The notes under the pieces: model-generated
The model's database searches: none
The model's input: the letters and a program-made list of their open reading frames with translations, nothing else
Told to the model about the DNA's origin: nothing
From: Gonapodya sp. JEL0774
Taxonomy: Eukaryota
Direction of reading: 5' to 3'
NCBI GenBank assembly: GCA_027604505.1
Contig: JADIIX010000020.1
Location: forward strand, 124,001 to 188,000
DNA: 64,000 nt
In this document: positions 62,790 through 64,000 of the stretch, in pieces
Numbering within the stretch: position 1 is the first letter of the stretch
Layout: each line of letters opens with the position of its first letter
Made by a program: the position numbers and the translations under genes

Positions 62790-64000
62790 TTAACTCTTTG
62801 CCGCAGGTGTGACTGGATGAAAGTTATTGTCAGAAATGCGTACACCGTATGGGAAAGAAGTCAGACAGTGCTCACCCTCAAACTCCACCAAAATCTCGTC
62901 AGCTGCAACACTTGCGCCTTGTGATACGTTGACCTTCGCAATTTTTCCAGCCCTGGGCGCCCTCAACACGTTCTGCATCTTCATCGCCTCGACAATGGCG
63001 ATTTCCGATCCTTCCGCCACATTGTCGCCCGGCTTAACACTCAGTGAGATGACAGTACCAGGCATGGGAGCCAAAACAACGCGAGACGTGTCAAGCTTAG
63101 GCTTCTCCTTCATGTACTGGGTGGCAGTAAACTGGGCGGGGGTGTAAGTGTTGACGTTGAACTGGTGACGGAAACACACGGCTCAACGATTGCGTTCCTT
63201 GATGCAACCACAACAACGATTGTATGCTCACTAAAGTTCCGTGGTGGATCATGTTGAACCCAACGGGCAGGGGCTCTGAATATTGGACGACATAGCTCGA
63301 CCTAGCGCCGGTATCCTGTCCACCTTGCAACCGCACATTTATGAGGCTAGATTCGAGCTTCCAATCGGCATCCACAACAACTTCGGTCTTGTCGTCAATG
63401 ATGATCTAATGAAGAGAGCATTCCAGGGTAGGCATGGGTGACAGAGACCTTCTGAAATCGCGAGCGCGCTCACCTTGTACTCCTTGCCAGACCTCTCAAT
63501 AGCGAGTTTGAAGCTTTTCTTCTCCATTGTTTTGTTCCCCACGACTGCGTACATCACCCAACTCTGCGTCTCTTCGTGGAATTTGCTGACGTTTGCTTCC
63601 AGCCACGAACGGTCCCTCTGGTCCCTTCGGGCGTATGCGTACCCAGTCGCAGCAAGGAGCTCAACCGTAGACGCGGTGGTGAGCTTGTGACCACGGAAGC
63701 CCTGTGGATATTTCTCCGGCAAGTATTTAGTAGAGATCTTTCCTGCGCGGTAATCAGCTTCGGCTACGACCTCGCGAAGAAGTGGGATGTTGTGTGTGAC
63801 ACCTATTCGCAAGTTTCAACAAACATTTCCACACTTAACCAAACTTCGAAAAGCCATCACTAGAACTCACCCTTGATCACATAGGAGTCCAGCGCCTTCT
63901 CCATCAACTCCAAGGATTCCTTCCTGTCTTTGCCGTGCGTAATCAACTTACAGATCATTGGATCGTAGTACATGCTGATTTCGCTCCCTTCCCTGATACC
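62790..64000 (-). CDS. PCCA: Propionyl-CoA carboxylase alpha subunit (3' part; start outside window)
   Basis: [53 protein letters not shown]; biotinyl domain [17 protein letters not shown]; exact stop position approximate. Confidence 0.85.

Overview
Eukaryotic, intron-rich, very gene-dense genomic DNA, most likely from an early-diverging zoosporic (flagellated) fungus. Support for this is a CFAP65 axonemal gene, fungal-type Scj1/Snz1/calcipressin genes, and short introns (mostly ~50-110 nt) with GTRAGT/GTAYGT donors. About 24 spliced genes can be rebuilt by hand: ER DnaJ (Scj1, 5'-partial), PDX1, EME1/MMS4, a VOC-fold methylmalonyl-CoA epimerase-like gene, REX4, CFAP65, a 6-TM membrane class I cyclic-nucleotide phosphodiesterase, ArfGAP-UBA, USP12/46-like protease, calnexin, C2CD5, NAF1, TFIIS, PPIL2, peroxisomal ATP carrier, IRE1, mitochondrial ferredoxin, RCAN, carotenoid oxygenase, ERO1, PKA catalytic subunit, PEX5, an ARK/AAK1 kinase and propionyl-CoA carboxylase alpha (5'-partial). 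There is also a candidate 3-exon orphan micro-gene. I saw no transposon, CRISPR array, rRNA or tRNA. The best leads are the receptor-like 6TM-coiled-coil-PDE, the bacterial-type epimerase with PCCA (B12-dependent propionate route), tandem genes only 62-104 nt apart, a recurring upstream CATCC(C)GA motif, several GC-AG introns, a 6-nt microexon, and a possibly double-anchored IRE1. Gene boundaries are manual splice reconstructions; family calls are from motif recall, not database searches.
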